This document shows positions 1-12,652 of a DNA stretch of 64,000 nt, one piece after another; within the stretch, counting starts at the first letter, position 1, and every line of letters begins with the position of its first letter. The stretch is taken from assembly GCA_028534125.1 (NCBI GenBank), contig CM052816.1:40860001-40924000 (forward strand), written 5' to 3'. The notes under the pieces were generated by a model, which was not told where the DNA came from, made no database searches, and saw only the letters and a program-made list of their open reading frames with translations. A program made the translations under genes and the position numbers. Source of the stretch: Lama glama (lineage: Eukaryota).

Positions 1-139
1 AAGTGATTCTTGTGGTCTTTTGTACTCTGATAAGAATTAGTAAGTTATGTAATCTTTTCAGCCCAGTAATTCTTTAAATCTATGTCCACTGAAATCAAGT
101 GTAGAAAATGGGTCCAAAGAAAGAAAGAAAAAAAAAGAA

Positions 140-330
140 AGATAAATTCCATTTGCACCAAGTTGTTACCCTGTACCTTGAACTGTGATAGATGCTAAGG
201 AAGGCAGAAGAAATATAGAAGAATTCTAAGGATCCTGCTGTGAAAAATTTAATAATGTACGACTGAAGGCCGTAAGAAGAACAAATACAAGGCTGATGGA
301 AAGGAATAGGAAAAAAACAGATCTTAGAGT
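140..330 (-). mobile_element. L2 LINE 3' end fragment, highly diverged
   Basis: Minus strand reads tctgccttccttagcatctatcacagttcaaggtacagggtaa, resembling the L2 terminus tctgtatccccagcgcctagcacagtgcctggcacatagtagg. Boundaries approximate. Confidence 0.45.
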
Positions 331-523
331 AGTTGAGAAATCTAGTTCATTCTCTTTAAAAAAAAAAACAAAGTGTGTGACAAGCAAAGGTTATTTGCTG
401 AACTCTGGAAGTTCCAAATTGAAACTGTAAGCCAGTTGAATAGAACATACAGAGCCTCTTAGAAACAACTTAAATTGCGCTGTACAAATGGCAAAGGTCA
501 TCAGGATAAGAGTACTGAAAACA

Positions 524-526
<3 letters not shown>

Positions 527-600
<74 letters not shown>
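527..600. repeat. (AC)37 microsatellite
   Basis: Uninterrupted AC dinucleotide run. It explains the poly-VC and poly-TH ORFs at 391-842. Confidence 0.98.
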
Positions 601-602
<2 letters not shown>

Positions 603-3600
603 AGAATTGCCCCAAAGCCTCATCCTGGTTTCTAAAGATGTGGTCTCCACGGCAGCCCCGTGAGTGGTGTCTCTGCAGTGCCTGAGCCCTATAAGGCGAG
701 TCTCTGTGGAGCCCAAGGCCTGCAGAGTCCTGGAATGTGTGACTGGTTCACAGTCTGCAAAGCGTCTAGTGTTACAAAGAGAGCCAGTGATCCCAAGCTT
801 CCACAGCACGTGAGGGTCAAAAATACCAAAACATACTTCCAATTAATGAGTCAAGTCTGATAAAAATGACTTTATTTCTTTGGATGGCATAATGCTTGAC
901 TTTTCTTCCTCTGCAGGCAAGAAGGAATAATGACAGTGTTTGACACAAGATGAGCTCCATGTGATCCTGCAGCTCTTACGAACCTTACAAGTTAAGACTT
1001 TCGGAGAATTCTTCTGATCGCCATGGCAGCTTCTCATTAGGGCCTTTCTGCGGTTACCAAGTAATTTCAGTAACAAAATGAAAGCAGGCCAAGGCAAATG
1101 AATTTTTTTAATTACAAGTTTGAAAATTTGATTTGGGTGGGCTCTGGAAAGAAAGGACTGTGTTGCACATAGCAGGCAGTGTGCCAGGTACTTAGGGACC
1201 ACTGCATAGTTGCTACAATTTCCCCAACACGTCTGCATCCCTACCTACAAAAATTACGAGAAAAATACAGTGCTTCTTGGATTTACAATTATCTGAATAA
1301 AACAGGGTCAAATAGCTTTAGGGAGGAAAAAGGAAATGGGTCTAGAGGAAACACATGATAGAAGTTTACAAAAATGGCCTAAATTTCTTAATTGTCTATA
1401 TTTGTCTAAGAATTATGTTATGTGTATATAATTTATGTAACACTTAACCGTGTCAAAAAATACTTGAAGAAGTTGAATGGTTAGAAATAAACCTCCAAGG
1501 GCTTGATAAAGTGAGACACACAGTCTCGTTTATTTTCTTCCACCAATCTCATAATAAAAGATTTGTGAATGGAGCACACCATGAAAGTTAACTCCTCCCG
1601 TGAAAGAGAAAGATGACTTAAGACTTAACATACCTTGCAAAATTTATAATCAGAGAGTAGGGTAATATTAATACTTAATTTCAACATCTAGCTTCTCTTG
1701 GGATTTCCTTTAAAATCTCCCTCCCTTATTTCTGGAACTTAACAAGGATCAGACCTTTGCACAGGAGAAATATACTCATTTTTTTTATTCCGGTCATCCT
1801 ATTAGTGTCTGCAAGCTACCTGTGAGTGGCATCTTTCTACACTCCTGACCTTGTTGATACTGCCCTCAGAGAAAATGCCCCTCCCCTACCACAGACGCCA
1901 CCTACAGCTGTACGAGTGTGTACTGCACACACCTGGGGACATCTTGGACATACTAGATTTGCACATTCACTACAGCACTTTTCTAACAGATAGAGTAAAT
2001 TGTCTCACTCTTAAGAAACCAATATAATATTATAGTTTTCTGACAGGGGAAATTCAAGTGTCTGTATCTTCAGTCTTACAGACTCTTTCATATAAACAAC
2101 TCCTTTAGCTCTGCTTAATCCCACTCGAGAGGAATCAGGCACTGTCTTTGGAGCCTATGTAACAGCAGACAGCAGCAAATTTCCATCTTCTTATCCCTCC
2201 CAAAGACCACATGCAAAAAAAATCTTCTTAAGTCTCTCTCATCCATCACCACTATGCATATTAACACATCCACTGACTTCTTTTAGGAGTCTAAATCCCA
2301 ATTTAGGCTCAATTTGGTAATCAACTCACTATACTCTTTTGAACCTGCTATACTAATTCTTTTCATTTCTTTCCTTTCCATCTTGAATTACATTTTGTCT
2401 GTGCCTATATAAGGATCTCCACTGGCAGTGTTACTAACTTCATTATTATTCAATATGTCCTCTTTTCTTGCTCGGGATCCTTCTAGTAACACTAATATTT
2501 TACAAATTTGGGCATTCATTTCTTACATAGCACTTCTTAAAATAAAAGATCAAAGATCTTTGGAAATAGTATTTTTCTCTTTTTTGAAAGGTGACGAAGC
2601 AATGTCTCTAGAAGATGAAATAAGCAGAACACACTTGATTGTCCTATGGAAAAGGAAACTAACTGTCCTGAACAACAACAAAAAAAGAAAGAAAACTCTT
2701 TAACCACTATTCAGCACTTAACAAAGGCAGGGTGAGTTTTGAACATAAATATAAAGCAGAATGGATTCTTTCAAGTTGCAACTGGAGTATTAAGGATATA
2801 TTACTCCATATTGAGAATGTGGCAAACAGACTACAGAAGATTACCAAGAAAGGTAACAGCAAAGGTCAAAAATGTGGCTTTTTCTTCCTTCAATATAAAG
2901 TAAAAGAATGTAAATATTATATATTAAATTTCATATAATGATGCTTAATTTATATAAATTCCTCAATTATAATTAAAACTGTATAGAAGTTATTGTATAT
3001 AAAAACATAAAATTAGGATTAGTGGCTTAGTTCTGGCAGTTATATAAATGGACCATTTTAAAAGATACTGTATTGGGACAGTGTTGTATTGAATATTCAA
3101 TACAATAAATTGTTGCACAGCAGTTATCACTTCAGGATTTTCCTTTAATAATCAAAATCCAAGCGGGTTTCCTTCCAACTGTTAAAGATATGTCAGTATG
3201 CTTTGAGATAATACTGTTTTTACCATATTATTTCAGTAAAACTAGGTGACTTGTAAAACTTGCCATACTTCCCCAAGTTACAAATAGAAATAAATATGCT
3301 GATTTCCCAAATCATAACACATTCAAGTCAGACAATTTAAAGATCAGTAGGTGAAATTCATAAATTTATCTCCTGATAGGTAAATGCAGTAGCTTGATAT
3401 GTGAAATACTTAACTGGGAGAAACACTGCATCCACAGGGAAATAAGTGATCAAAGGGGTTTTTATTTTTTAAAATGTAGTTGAAAGGGCCTTCAGTCTCT
3501 CCAAACCTTGATATGAATTTGGGTGAGAAGGTATAATAATTAAAAAAATTCAAAACCAGTTAGATTGATAAATGAAATGAAAGAAATCATTCAATAGAAA

Positions 3601-4050
3601 TTACTTTTCAACTGCATTCAGAATAGGCAGCCTAGCAAAGTAACAGAGGCCATTAGCAGTAAGAAGCTACAAAATGAAGAAGATAATGAGAAAGGAGATC
3701 AGGAAATCTAGATGAGCTTCTGAACCGGAGAAAATTATATACTGTCCAATGGAAACCCTAATTGTGACCCATGTGACACCAACACATGCACACTCATGGC
3801 TACAGTTTAAGGACGTCCTATTTGCTGTGTCTTCTTGTACACTTATCTTCCTAAATGATCTAATTTCTCCCTCTTTGTAATTAAAATAGAAACTTTAAAA
3901 TCTTCTTTGATGTTATTGTAGATTGTCTGTGATCATCTCGGTTTTGAAAACCGGCAAATTTTTAAAAATGCTTCTGTGATAATATTTAAATAGGTAAATT
4001 TAGAATTTCTAACCCCATTTGGTAATAGACAGATAGATAGACAAACAGAT

Positions 4051-4100
<50 letters not shown>
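4051..4100. repeat. (TAGA)n tetranucleotide microsatellite
   Basis: About 12 perfect TAGA units, with degenerate units from about 4026. Confidence 0.97.
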
Positions 4101-4102
4101 TC

Positions 4103-4215
4103 TCTGTGAGGCTTTGGGAAGTTATTCACTTCTTTGACTATCAATCCCCCATCAATTAAATGAGTTATTATATGAGTCCTTATCTGAAAGGTAGTTATGG
4201 ACTAATACACTAAAT
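4103..4215 (+). mobile_element. MIR SINE fragment
   Basis: tgtgaggctttgggaagttattcacttctttgact...cccccatcaattaaatgag matches the MIR core pattern. Confidence 0.6.
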
Positions 4216-5179
4216 TGACCAAATGTTCCAAGAGCTCTGGAGGAGAGCCTGTCTAACTAGGAAACATTCAGTATGATGTGTTAGGCATCTGAGGTTGCAT
4301 TTTTAACAAAGTTGTTGACAAGGCATGCCAATCAGGAAGACAATCATTGCATTGCCTTTTTATTTATTTATCTTTTACGGAAAGTTGAGAAAATGCTTTA
4401 AAAATACATCAAATATAACTTAATTTCTAAATGTCTTTTAATTTCGCCATCCAAAGATGACGTTTTCAATGATTTTTTTTCTTGCTAGTATATGCTATGG
4501 GAATCGGAAACTCTACTCTGTACTGGTAAAAGACTTTATGAGTTCTGATGGAGTAAAATACAGCTACTGTAAAGTAAGTGATAAAACATGAGCACAGTGG
4601 AAATACATGCACAGCATGGCAGAACCAGTGCTCTGTGAAAGGTGCCCCTCCAGTAGACACACACCATTTGACCAAAAGTAGTATTGCACTTCTTCCTGCT
4701 ATTTCTTTAAAGCATGAGCACAGAAACTACTTGCACACAAGCTGCAGCCAGATGACACATCAGATTTATTTGGCCCACCAAGATGTCATAAAAATTTTGT
4801 ATTAGATGCAAACTAGATGCAAAATTGAGTAATTTGAATATTTCAAATACACATCTCAATTTCTGTTTGTTTGTTCTTTTATAAGAAGATTGAGCAGGAG
4901 GAGAAGACAAAAGAGAAGGCATTCTGGTGCATTTGGAAAACACTCTGTCTTTAAATGAGCAAGAGTGGTCTGAGGCTGTTTATCAGCTGCTGCTTATCAT
5001 GGTGCTTTTCTTGTCTTTCTCTCACGCAGTCAGCATCACTTACATTTATCTGTCTGCCCCAGTTGGCATTGGTGCATGTAACTCCCATATTAATATCATC
5101 ATGTGGAGATTAATGGAAAGATTAATAAAACAGAGAGAATAAAGCAAGCCAATTTTGATTAATTTACCTGTACTTTATA

Positions 5180-5305
5180 ATCTTCCATTTCCTTATCTAT
5201 AAAATGCTGGTAATATCAATCTCAAAGGGTACCGTGAGGATTAATTGGAAACGTGTATCTAGAAATAATATAATAAAACCTCAAGAAATATCTATTACTA
5301 ATATT
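5180..5305 (+). mobile_element. MIR SINE fragment
   Basis: atttccttatctataaaatg...gtgaggattaa is the MIR core/3' region. Confidence 0.6.
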
Positions 5306-5747
5306 TCTTACTGAATTATAAGGACATCAAAGAAGCAAATGGTTTCACTGATACTCGGGGTAGCTATCACATCATAAGCAATGCAGGTATAAGTCAAGAT
5401 ATCTTTCCATATATCATAAAAGAGTAAGCTAAGTAGGAATCCAAATTAGCTATGTGAAATAAACATTCTCAAATGATATTATTTAGTAATCTCACAAATA
5501 AAACATAAGTACCTATATTTACAATCATATTTGGTTTTACTAAGTCAAATCAAGGTGATATTAGGAAAAAGGTCTACAATATTCAATATTAAGAACTACA
5601 ATAATATCTTCCCAAATCCTAAATCTACCTCTTCTTTTTTTTTTCTCTTCATGGATAGCAGCATAGCAGGCATTGCAAGCTTAACCTCGGGCAGAGGTAT
5701 AGAACACCTCGGAACAGCCACTGTGACATAACCTAGGAAAGTTTCTG

Positions 5748-5860
5748 AGGAAGCTGAGATTCACAGAGTTAAAGTAATTGATCTGAGGTAGCAATGTTAT
5801 TAATAAAAAATCAGATGTTTTAATCTAGAAATCCTGAATTCCAGTTCACTGTGTTTCCAA
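5748..5860 (-). mobile_element. MIR SINE fragment
   Basis: gaggaagctgagattcacagagttaaagtaattg matches the reverse MIR core (gaggaaactgaggctcagagaggttaagtaacttg). Confidence 0.6.
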
Positions 5861-6249
5861 AAACAGTGTATTAGTTCCACTCAAATTTAATTGTAAGTGT
5901 ATAAGCAATCCTTCAACTAAGATTTAATCATTGTGAACATCATTCCCATCAATAAAATTCCAATAGATACAGTATCCTAAGGAGCGTAACAAAAAAGAAG
6001 TCACTTACTCCAGCAATTACTGCAGATTTAGCAGAATCACAATAACTGAGAGGAAGTAAGTTGAGAACATTTTCATTATCCCAAGAGCCAAAAAAGGAAG
6101 GGCATGCCTTTTTTTGTTTTTGGTTTTGTTTTTGTTATTGCCTTTCCACTTTCTAAATTAACTCTTACTTTCAAAAGGACTCATTTGAGAGTATAGGATA
6201 GAAAAAAAAATAAGAAAAATAAAAGCTTCAGACTTAAAAGTGTATTTTA

Positions 6250-6398
6250 AATATATTTACAAAACATTTGATGAAGAATATGTATCCAAAATAAAGACAT
6301 CTTAAAAATTCAACAAGAAAACAAATAACCCAATTATAAAATGTGCAAAAGATCTGTATAGACACTTCATTCAATAAGATACATAAATGTAAAATGAG
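6250..6398 (+). mobile_element. Old L1 (L1MC3-like) ORF2 3' region, left part, interrupted by LTRs
   Basis: caacaagaaaacaaataacccaattataaaatgtgcaaaagatctgtatagacacttca is typical late ORF2. The element resumes at 7871 (catatgaaaaaatgctcaacatc). Confidence 0.85.
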
Positions 6399-7867
6399 TG
6401 AAAGGGAGCAGGACACTGTGGGCCCTCCCTGATACAAATCCTTTCTGTCCCCCATTTCTCTTTTGTGGGAAAAGGCTTCATGCAGCCTACTCGCCCTTCC
6501 CTGTGTGCCAAAGGGGAGATTTAAACAGTTGCTAATCAGGGAAGAGAGAATGCAGAAACAAGGGAGGGGCAGTCAAGAAACAATGGTGTGGCCCTGAGGC
6601 AGGGTCCTGGTTCCTCCTCAAGGAATATACATATCTTTGGGTTCTTCTGCAGGAACTAAGCTCATCCCCCTTCCCCCAACCCCTGCCTTTTGTTTGTGGC
6701 TGAGCAGACTCTTCAGAGATGGTTTTTGGAGGATAACACTCATTCCACCAGATTGCTAGTATTCTGATTAAAAGCAACTTTCCTTTTTGTTACCAAGGCT
6801 ATTGCCCACCCCCCGTACCCCTGCCTCTCCCTCAAGTAGAAACTGTGAACAAAAAATATTGCAAACTGTATCAGTAAACAAAGAATGCTGAAACCATCAA
6901 GTCGTCAGTAGCTGCCGCCACCCCCCAGTGAAGACAAGCCTGCAGCCCAGCCTCTGCAGCCACTCACAATGGTGCCCTCTGAGGGCACTCAGAATAATAA
7001 AGGACAAGATAGTGGCCCTAGATAGCTAGGTGCTTGTCAAAGGAATGAATTCAATGAGCCCAAATGTTTGTTTCCTCCCATACACAGAAAAGCACTAAAT
7101 TCTAACTTGAGATGCCTGGTGTTCTTTAGATAACAAGAAATCTTTTATTGTTCCAACTACCAGATCTTTGTTGTAAAGCTCCTACATATCCCAGCTCCTC
7201 CCCTACCTTTCGGGGAGCAGTCCCTCAGAGCCATCTGAGAGGCTGTCATCCCAGCTCGAGTCCTTCTGCCAAATAAAACCTAACTCCCAACTTTCAGGCT
7301 GCGCATTTATTTCCGTTGACAAAACCAATTACTCTTCAATAAGTTTCAGGAGGCAGTTGCGATGAGACAAAACAAGAACTGGTTCGAGCCAAAAGAGTCC
7401 AAGATGGTGAAGGAGTTGACTTCCAGTGGACCCTTAGGCTCATTATACACTCATTGTACTGTTTTAGCATAATAAGGGGCACACCCATCAGCACCATGAC
7501 AGTTGACAATTGCCAGAACAATAACCAGAAAAGCTCATACAAGGACTGACTGGCTCCATCACACCTGGAAGGAAGACGTGATGGCAGGAGCCTGTCATAC
7601 AAATCCATGTGGCCCAACCTGGGCCAGAGCTGTCTCTACTCGCCATTTTGGTTGACAGCTCCCCATTCGAGCACTTCCTTTCCTGGCTCTAGTGCTTTTC
7701 TTCCCTTCTCTCTGCTCAAACACTTTCCTTCCATTTCCTCTTCTGAGCAATAAAGCGCCTGTTCACTTTGTCCCTCTGCCGCTGTTGCATAAATTCTTTC
7801 ACAGCCAGTGGCGAGAACTCACATGTTGGTGGGCTTCCTAATTTAGGGGTTCCTCTATCCACTAACA
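6399..7867 (+). mobile_element. Composite of three ERV1-like LTR segments (about 6399-6787, 6788-7321, 7322-7867)
   Basis: Begins TGAAAGGG and ends CTAACA. An internal TG...CA unit spans 6788-7321. There are three poly(A) signals (attaaa ~6767, aataaa ~7272, aataaa ~7749). The block sits exactly inside a continuous L1. Confidence 0.75.
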
Positions 7868-7870
7868 CAA

Positions 7871-9000
7871 CATATGAAAAAATGCTCAACATCATATATT
7901 TTGTTCAGGAAATGCAAATTAAAACCACAATGTGATATTACTACACATCTATTATAAAAGTTAAAAATAAAAATAAAAAACCTACAATACAGTTTGCTGA
8001 GAATATGTCAAGCAACTGGAACTGTTGTTCATAAACTGCTTTGGTAGATTGTTCAACAACTACAAATACTTTGCCCTGTGATCCAGCAATCCTACTCCTA
8101 AGTATTTATCTAACTTATTTGAAAATGGATTTTCACGCAGAAACCTGCATGCCAATGTTTATACAGAATTTATCCATAATCTCCAAAAACTGGAAGCAAT
8201 CAAGATGTTCTTCAAAAGATGAATGGATAGACAAACTGTGGAACACCTATACAACAGAATACTGTTCACCTTTAATAAGGTATCAGCAATCAAACTATGC
8301 AAAGACATAGATAAATTATAAATGCTTATTTTAAAGTGAAAGAAGTCAGTCTTCCAAGGCTACTGTATTATTTCATTTATGTAACTTTCTGGGAAAGGCA
8401 AAACTACAGGGACAATAAACACAGCAATGATTGCTAGGGGTGTTGGGAGGAGGGAGAGCTGAACAGATGAAAAGAAGGAGATATGCAAGGTAATAAAATT
8501 ATTTTCTGTGATACAGTAATGGTGGATACATGCAATTATACATTTGTCAAATACCAGAGAACTTTTCAGGGCAAAAATAAACCTGAAGGCATGAGAACTG
8601 AAAAAAAAATAAAAAGACTTTTAGGAGATTGGGAGGACCCAGCACTGAATGCAAACTCTAACCAAAAAAAAAAAAAAAAATCTAACGGCATTACAAATGC
8701 ATGAAACAATCTCATTCAAAGTGTGGGAGAAAAGTATTTGATTTAAGTCTTTTAGGAAGTAAGTGGAGACCGAAAATAAAGGCAAAGAGAACCACACATA
8801 AACATTGTATTCTAGTTAATACAATTATTTTAATGGATTTATAGGCTAACAGTTTGGAAAACGCTATTCAAGGATACTAAAATTGAAAGATTGAGCAAGT
8901 CAAATGCAGAGTGTGGGAGCCTAGTTTCTCACAGTTGGCGTAGGATGTTAGAGACAGCCAATGGGAGAAAGTTAAAAAGGTACATGTGGTAATGGATTAT
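7871..9000 (+). mobile_element. L1MC3-like ORF2 end and 3' UTR (continuation)
   Basis: aaatgcaaattaaaaccacaatg, gatgaatggatagacaaactgtgg, gggaaaggcaaaactacaggg and the L1MC-type extended 3' UTR. It is homologous to the copy at 41.8-43.2 kb. Confidence 0.85.
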
Positions 9001-9004
9001 GCAT

Positions 9005-9659
9005 CAATATCTAACTAAGATAGTAAAAGATCTGAACTCAGAAAACTGTAAGACACTGATGAAAGAAACTGAAGGTGACACAGATAGAGATACATACTGT
9101 GTTCATGATTGGAAGAATATTTTTTAAATGACCATACTATCCAAGGTAACTTATGGATTCAAAACAATTCCTATCAAAATAGCAACAGCATTTTTCACAA
9201 AACTAAAATAATTCTAAAATTTATATAGAAATACAAAAGACCTAGGATAGCCATAACAATCTTAAAAAAGAACAAAGCTGGAGGTATCATGCACTGTCAT
9301 TTCAAAATATATTACAAAGCTGCCATCATCAAAACAGTGTGGCATTGGCACAAAACCAGACACATGGTTCAATGGAACAGAATACAGAGCCCAGAAACAA
9401 ACCCATGCACGTATGGTCAATTAATCTGTGACAAAGGAGGCAAGAATATACAATGGGGAAAAGACAACCTCTTCAATAAATGGTATTAGGAAAACTGGAC
9501 AGCCAGATGCAAAAGAATCAAACTGGACTACTCTGTCACACCATGCACAAAAATAAATTCAAAATGGATTGAAGGCCTAAATATGTGACCTAAAACCATG
9601 AAACTTCTAGGAGAAAACATCAATAGTATAGTCTGTTCTTTGAGATGGGTCTTAGTAGT

Positions 9660-9752
<93 letters not shown>

Positions 9753-10708
9753 TATGTCTCTTCACGCAGGGGAAACAAAAGGAGAAATAGACAAATGGGA
9801 CTGCATCAAACTAAAACTTTTGCACAGCAAAGGAAAGTATCAGCAAAATGAATGGGAGATGATATTTGTAAACCATATATCTGATAAGGGGTTACTATCC
9901 AAAATATACAAAGAACTCATATAACTCAACATCAAAAAAATAAACAACCTGATTTTTGAAAATGGGTTGAGGATCTGATTAGATTTTTTCCAAAGAAAAT
10001 GTCCAGATGGGCCAAAGTCACATGAAAAGATGCTCAAAATCATTAATCATTAGGGACACGTAAATCAAAGTCACAATGAGATAACACCTTATGCCTGTCA
10101 CAGTGGGTATTATCAAAAAGACAACAAATAACAAGCGCTAGTCGGGATACTAAGAAAAGGGAATCCTCATGCACTGTTGGCGGGAATGTAAATTGGTGTG
10201 GCCACTATAGAAAACACTCTGGAAATTCTTCAAAAAATGAAAAATAGAACTACCATACAATCCAGCAATTCCACTCCTGGAATTTATCCAAAAAACAAAC
10301 ACACAAACAAAAAAACAAAGCAAAGCAAAAAACAAATTAAAAAAAAAAGCAAAAACACTAATCAGAAAAGATATATGCAATGTTCATTGCAGTATCATTT
10401 ACAGTAGCCAAGATACAGAGGCAACCTAAGTGCCCATCAGTAGATGAATGGATACAGAAGATGTGGTACATGTATAATCAATGGAATATTAGTCATAAAA
10501 AAGAATGAAATCTTGCCACTTGGGCCAATATGGATGGACCTAAAGGGTATTATGCTTAGTGAAATAAGTCAAACAAAGAGACAAATACGTGTGATTTCTC
10601 TTACATGTGGAATCTAAAAAACAAAACAAATGAACAAACATAACAGAAACTGAGTTAGAGATACAGAAAACAGGTGGTTGCCAGAGGGGAGGGGAGAGGA
10701 GAATAGAC
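9005..10708 (+). mobile_element. Younger laurasiatherian L1 (L1MA9/L1_Art-like), ORF2 C-terminal half plus partial 3' UTR
   Basis: ORF 9289-9489 ([58 protein letters not shown]) is clear L1 ORF2p. It has stops and frameshifts and no poly(A) tail. Confidence 0.93.
9662..9750. repeat. T89 homopolymer inside L1 ORF2
   Basis: 89 consecutive T, causing the poly-Phe ORF. Confidence 0.97.
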
Positions 10709-10709
10709 A

Positions 10710-11403
10710 CATATTCCACCCTGAAGAATCCCAAATAGTTTATGCTGATACTCCAGCTTCAAGGAGGTCATGTACAACTCCCTACCCTTTAAGTATGGCC
10801 TGTGCGTAGTGACCTCCTCCCAAAGATTACAGTATGGGAAGGAGGAAACAGAGTAGCTTCATAGCAGAGAAACATGGCAACATGCCCTTGGTTTTATGAC
10901 TATGGAAACATTATTAGTGATGTCATGTTGATAGCATTTGATTTGTTATAAGAAGGGCACTTTACCCCCACGGTCTTCTATCAAAACCCCATAACCTCAA
11001 ATGTAATCATGACAAAACTTCAGGCAAATTCCACTGAGAGACACTGTACAAACTATCTGATACTCAAATCTGCCCAGGTCATCAAAGATGAGGAAAGTCT
11101 GAGAAACTGACAGCCATGAGGAACCTAATTTGACATGACAACTAAATATAATGCGGGTAACTTAGATGGGATTCTCAAACAAGAAAAAGGAGATTAAGTT
11201 AAAAAAAAAAAAAGAAACAAACTAAGATAATCTGAAGCACAGACTTTAGTCAATATCAATTAACTAACTATGACAAATGTGCCATACTAATATAAGATGT
11301 TAATAATGAAGGAAAATTGTTATAGGGTTTACAAGGGACTCTATTATTTTGCAACTTTTATGTAAATTTAAATCAACTCTAAAATTAAAAGTTTACTTAA
11401 AAA
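10710..11403 (+). mobile_element. L1MC3-like distal 3' UTR (third piece of the host L1)
   Basis: gaggaaagtctgagaaactgacagcca...gacatgacaactaaat...ttttgcaactttt...ctctaaaattaaaagtttacttaaaaa is the L1MC/L1MD terminus. Confidence 0.8.
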
Positions 11404-12197
11404 GCAAAGAATAAACAATAGAAATCACTAGTTATTCTGGAAATTCAATACAGACATCCTTGTGCTGAAAATATATTTATTGTTTAATGACTGATTAAAC
11501 CATTTATTGTTTAATACCTGATTACTGAGTTTTAAAACCTGGATGGGGTTGGTTTAGGTTGTATAGAAATACTAAAAATGGAGAAGAAACAATGTAAAGG
11601 GGAGGAGTGATTCCCTAGTGATAAACCTCCACTCCACGAAATGTCATAGAGTCATTCTGGTAAGAAATCATAGCAAGAAGGAAGGATCATATCTGAAATC
11701 ATCTGCAATGTTAAAAAAAAAATAATAATAGGAATCTCGAAGTACAAAAATATCAATTAAAAACAGTCTGAAATTACCATATTGTAACACATGCACTATG
11801 TCCCAGATTAGCATAAAGCTTCTTATTCATTATAGTTCAGTTAGTGTTATGTGCTAGAAGGCATATGACAATTATATATAGAAAATCTAGGTTTCAATGC
11901 CATCTCTACTAGAAACATGGTACTAAAGCTCCCCAAATTTTACTTGTTTTCTAAAATTGAAATATTATAGCTATTCTGCAGAATAAAATTAGAAAATGTG
12001 TATACAGTACTTTTCAAATAGTACAATCTTAATATTTATTTAATTTTCTTTAATTTCTATGTACAGACCACCCTTGATTCTACACTTGCAGGCAAATTGA
12101 CAGACATTCGTTTAGAAAACATAGTATATTAACCAAATTACTTGAAATCAGGCTGACTTAGGTATTTGTGAGCTGGTTTAAAATTTCATGAGTAAAA

Positions 12198-12395
12198 TGG
12201 GGGAAGGATATAGGTCAGTGGTAGAGCACATGCTTAGCATGCACACGGTCCTGGGCTCAGTTCCCAGTATCTCCATTAAAGTAAGTAAGTAAGTAAATAA
12301 ATAAATCTAATTAACACCCCCCCCCAACAAACAAAGATGAAAAGTAAAATTTTTTAAATCCCAGCTATATTAAAAAAAAAACAACACTGTAAAAA
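12198..12395 (+). mobile_element. Camelid tRNA-derived SINE (vic-1-like) with target-site duplication
   Basis: The head ggggaaggatataggtcagtggtagagcacatgcttagcatgcacacggtcctgggctcagttccc has degenerate A and B boxes. It is followed by (taag/taaa)n, a C-tract and an A-rich tail. The TSD ttcatgagtaaaa lies at 12185-12197 and 12396-12408. Confidence 0.9.
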
Positions 12396-12652
12396 TTCAT
12401 GAGTAAAAAGGTTCAGAGGTACCACTACAGTTCTATGGATGAAAAATGCACACTGAAACAGATGTCTGAAATACTTGATTTCACAGTAAGTTGCTACTAG
12501 CGTAAAAACCTGAGGTCAATACAGACTGTGTTCTTAGCTTTGTAACTTTGTCCCTAACATTTATGTATTAAGATGTCCTGCTTTTTTTCTGCCAATTTGT
12601 ATCATTTAATATAATAAATAATAATCTCTGTAAATTCTGAAATTCTTAAGGA

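Noticed and set aside
176..193. Apparent 18-nt minus-strand microexon (TTCTGCCTTCCTTAG|CATCTATCACAGTTCAAG|GTACAG) with a UGC motif
   Set aside because: The whole context aligns to a decayed L2 3' terminus and the donor is weak.
391..842. ORFs with poly-VC or poly-TH
   Set aside because: They are translations of the (AC)37 microsatellite.
9598..9924. 108-aa ORF with poly-Phe
   Set aside because: It is an L1 ORF2 remnant read through the T89 run.
11475..11524. Imperfect 23-bp direct repeat with period 27 (similar cases at 46414-46471 and about 56045-56068)
   Set aside because: These are ordinary local tandem duplications without spacer structure, not CRISPR-like.
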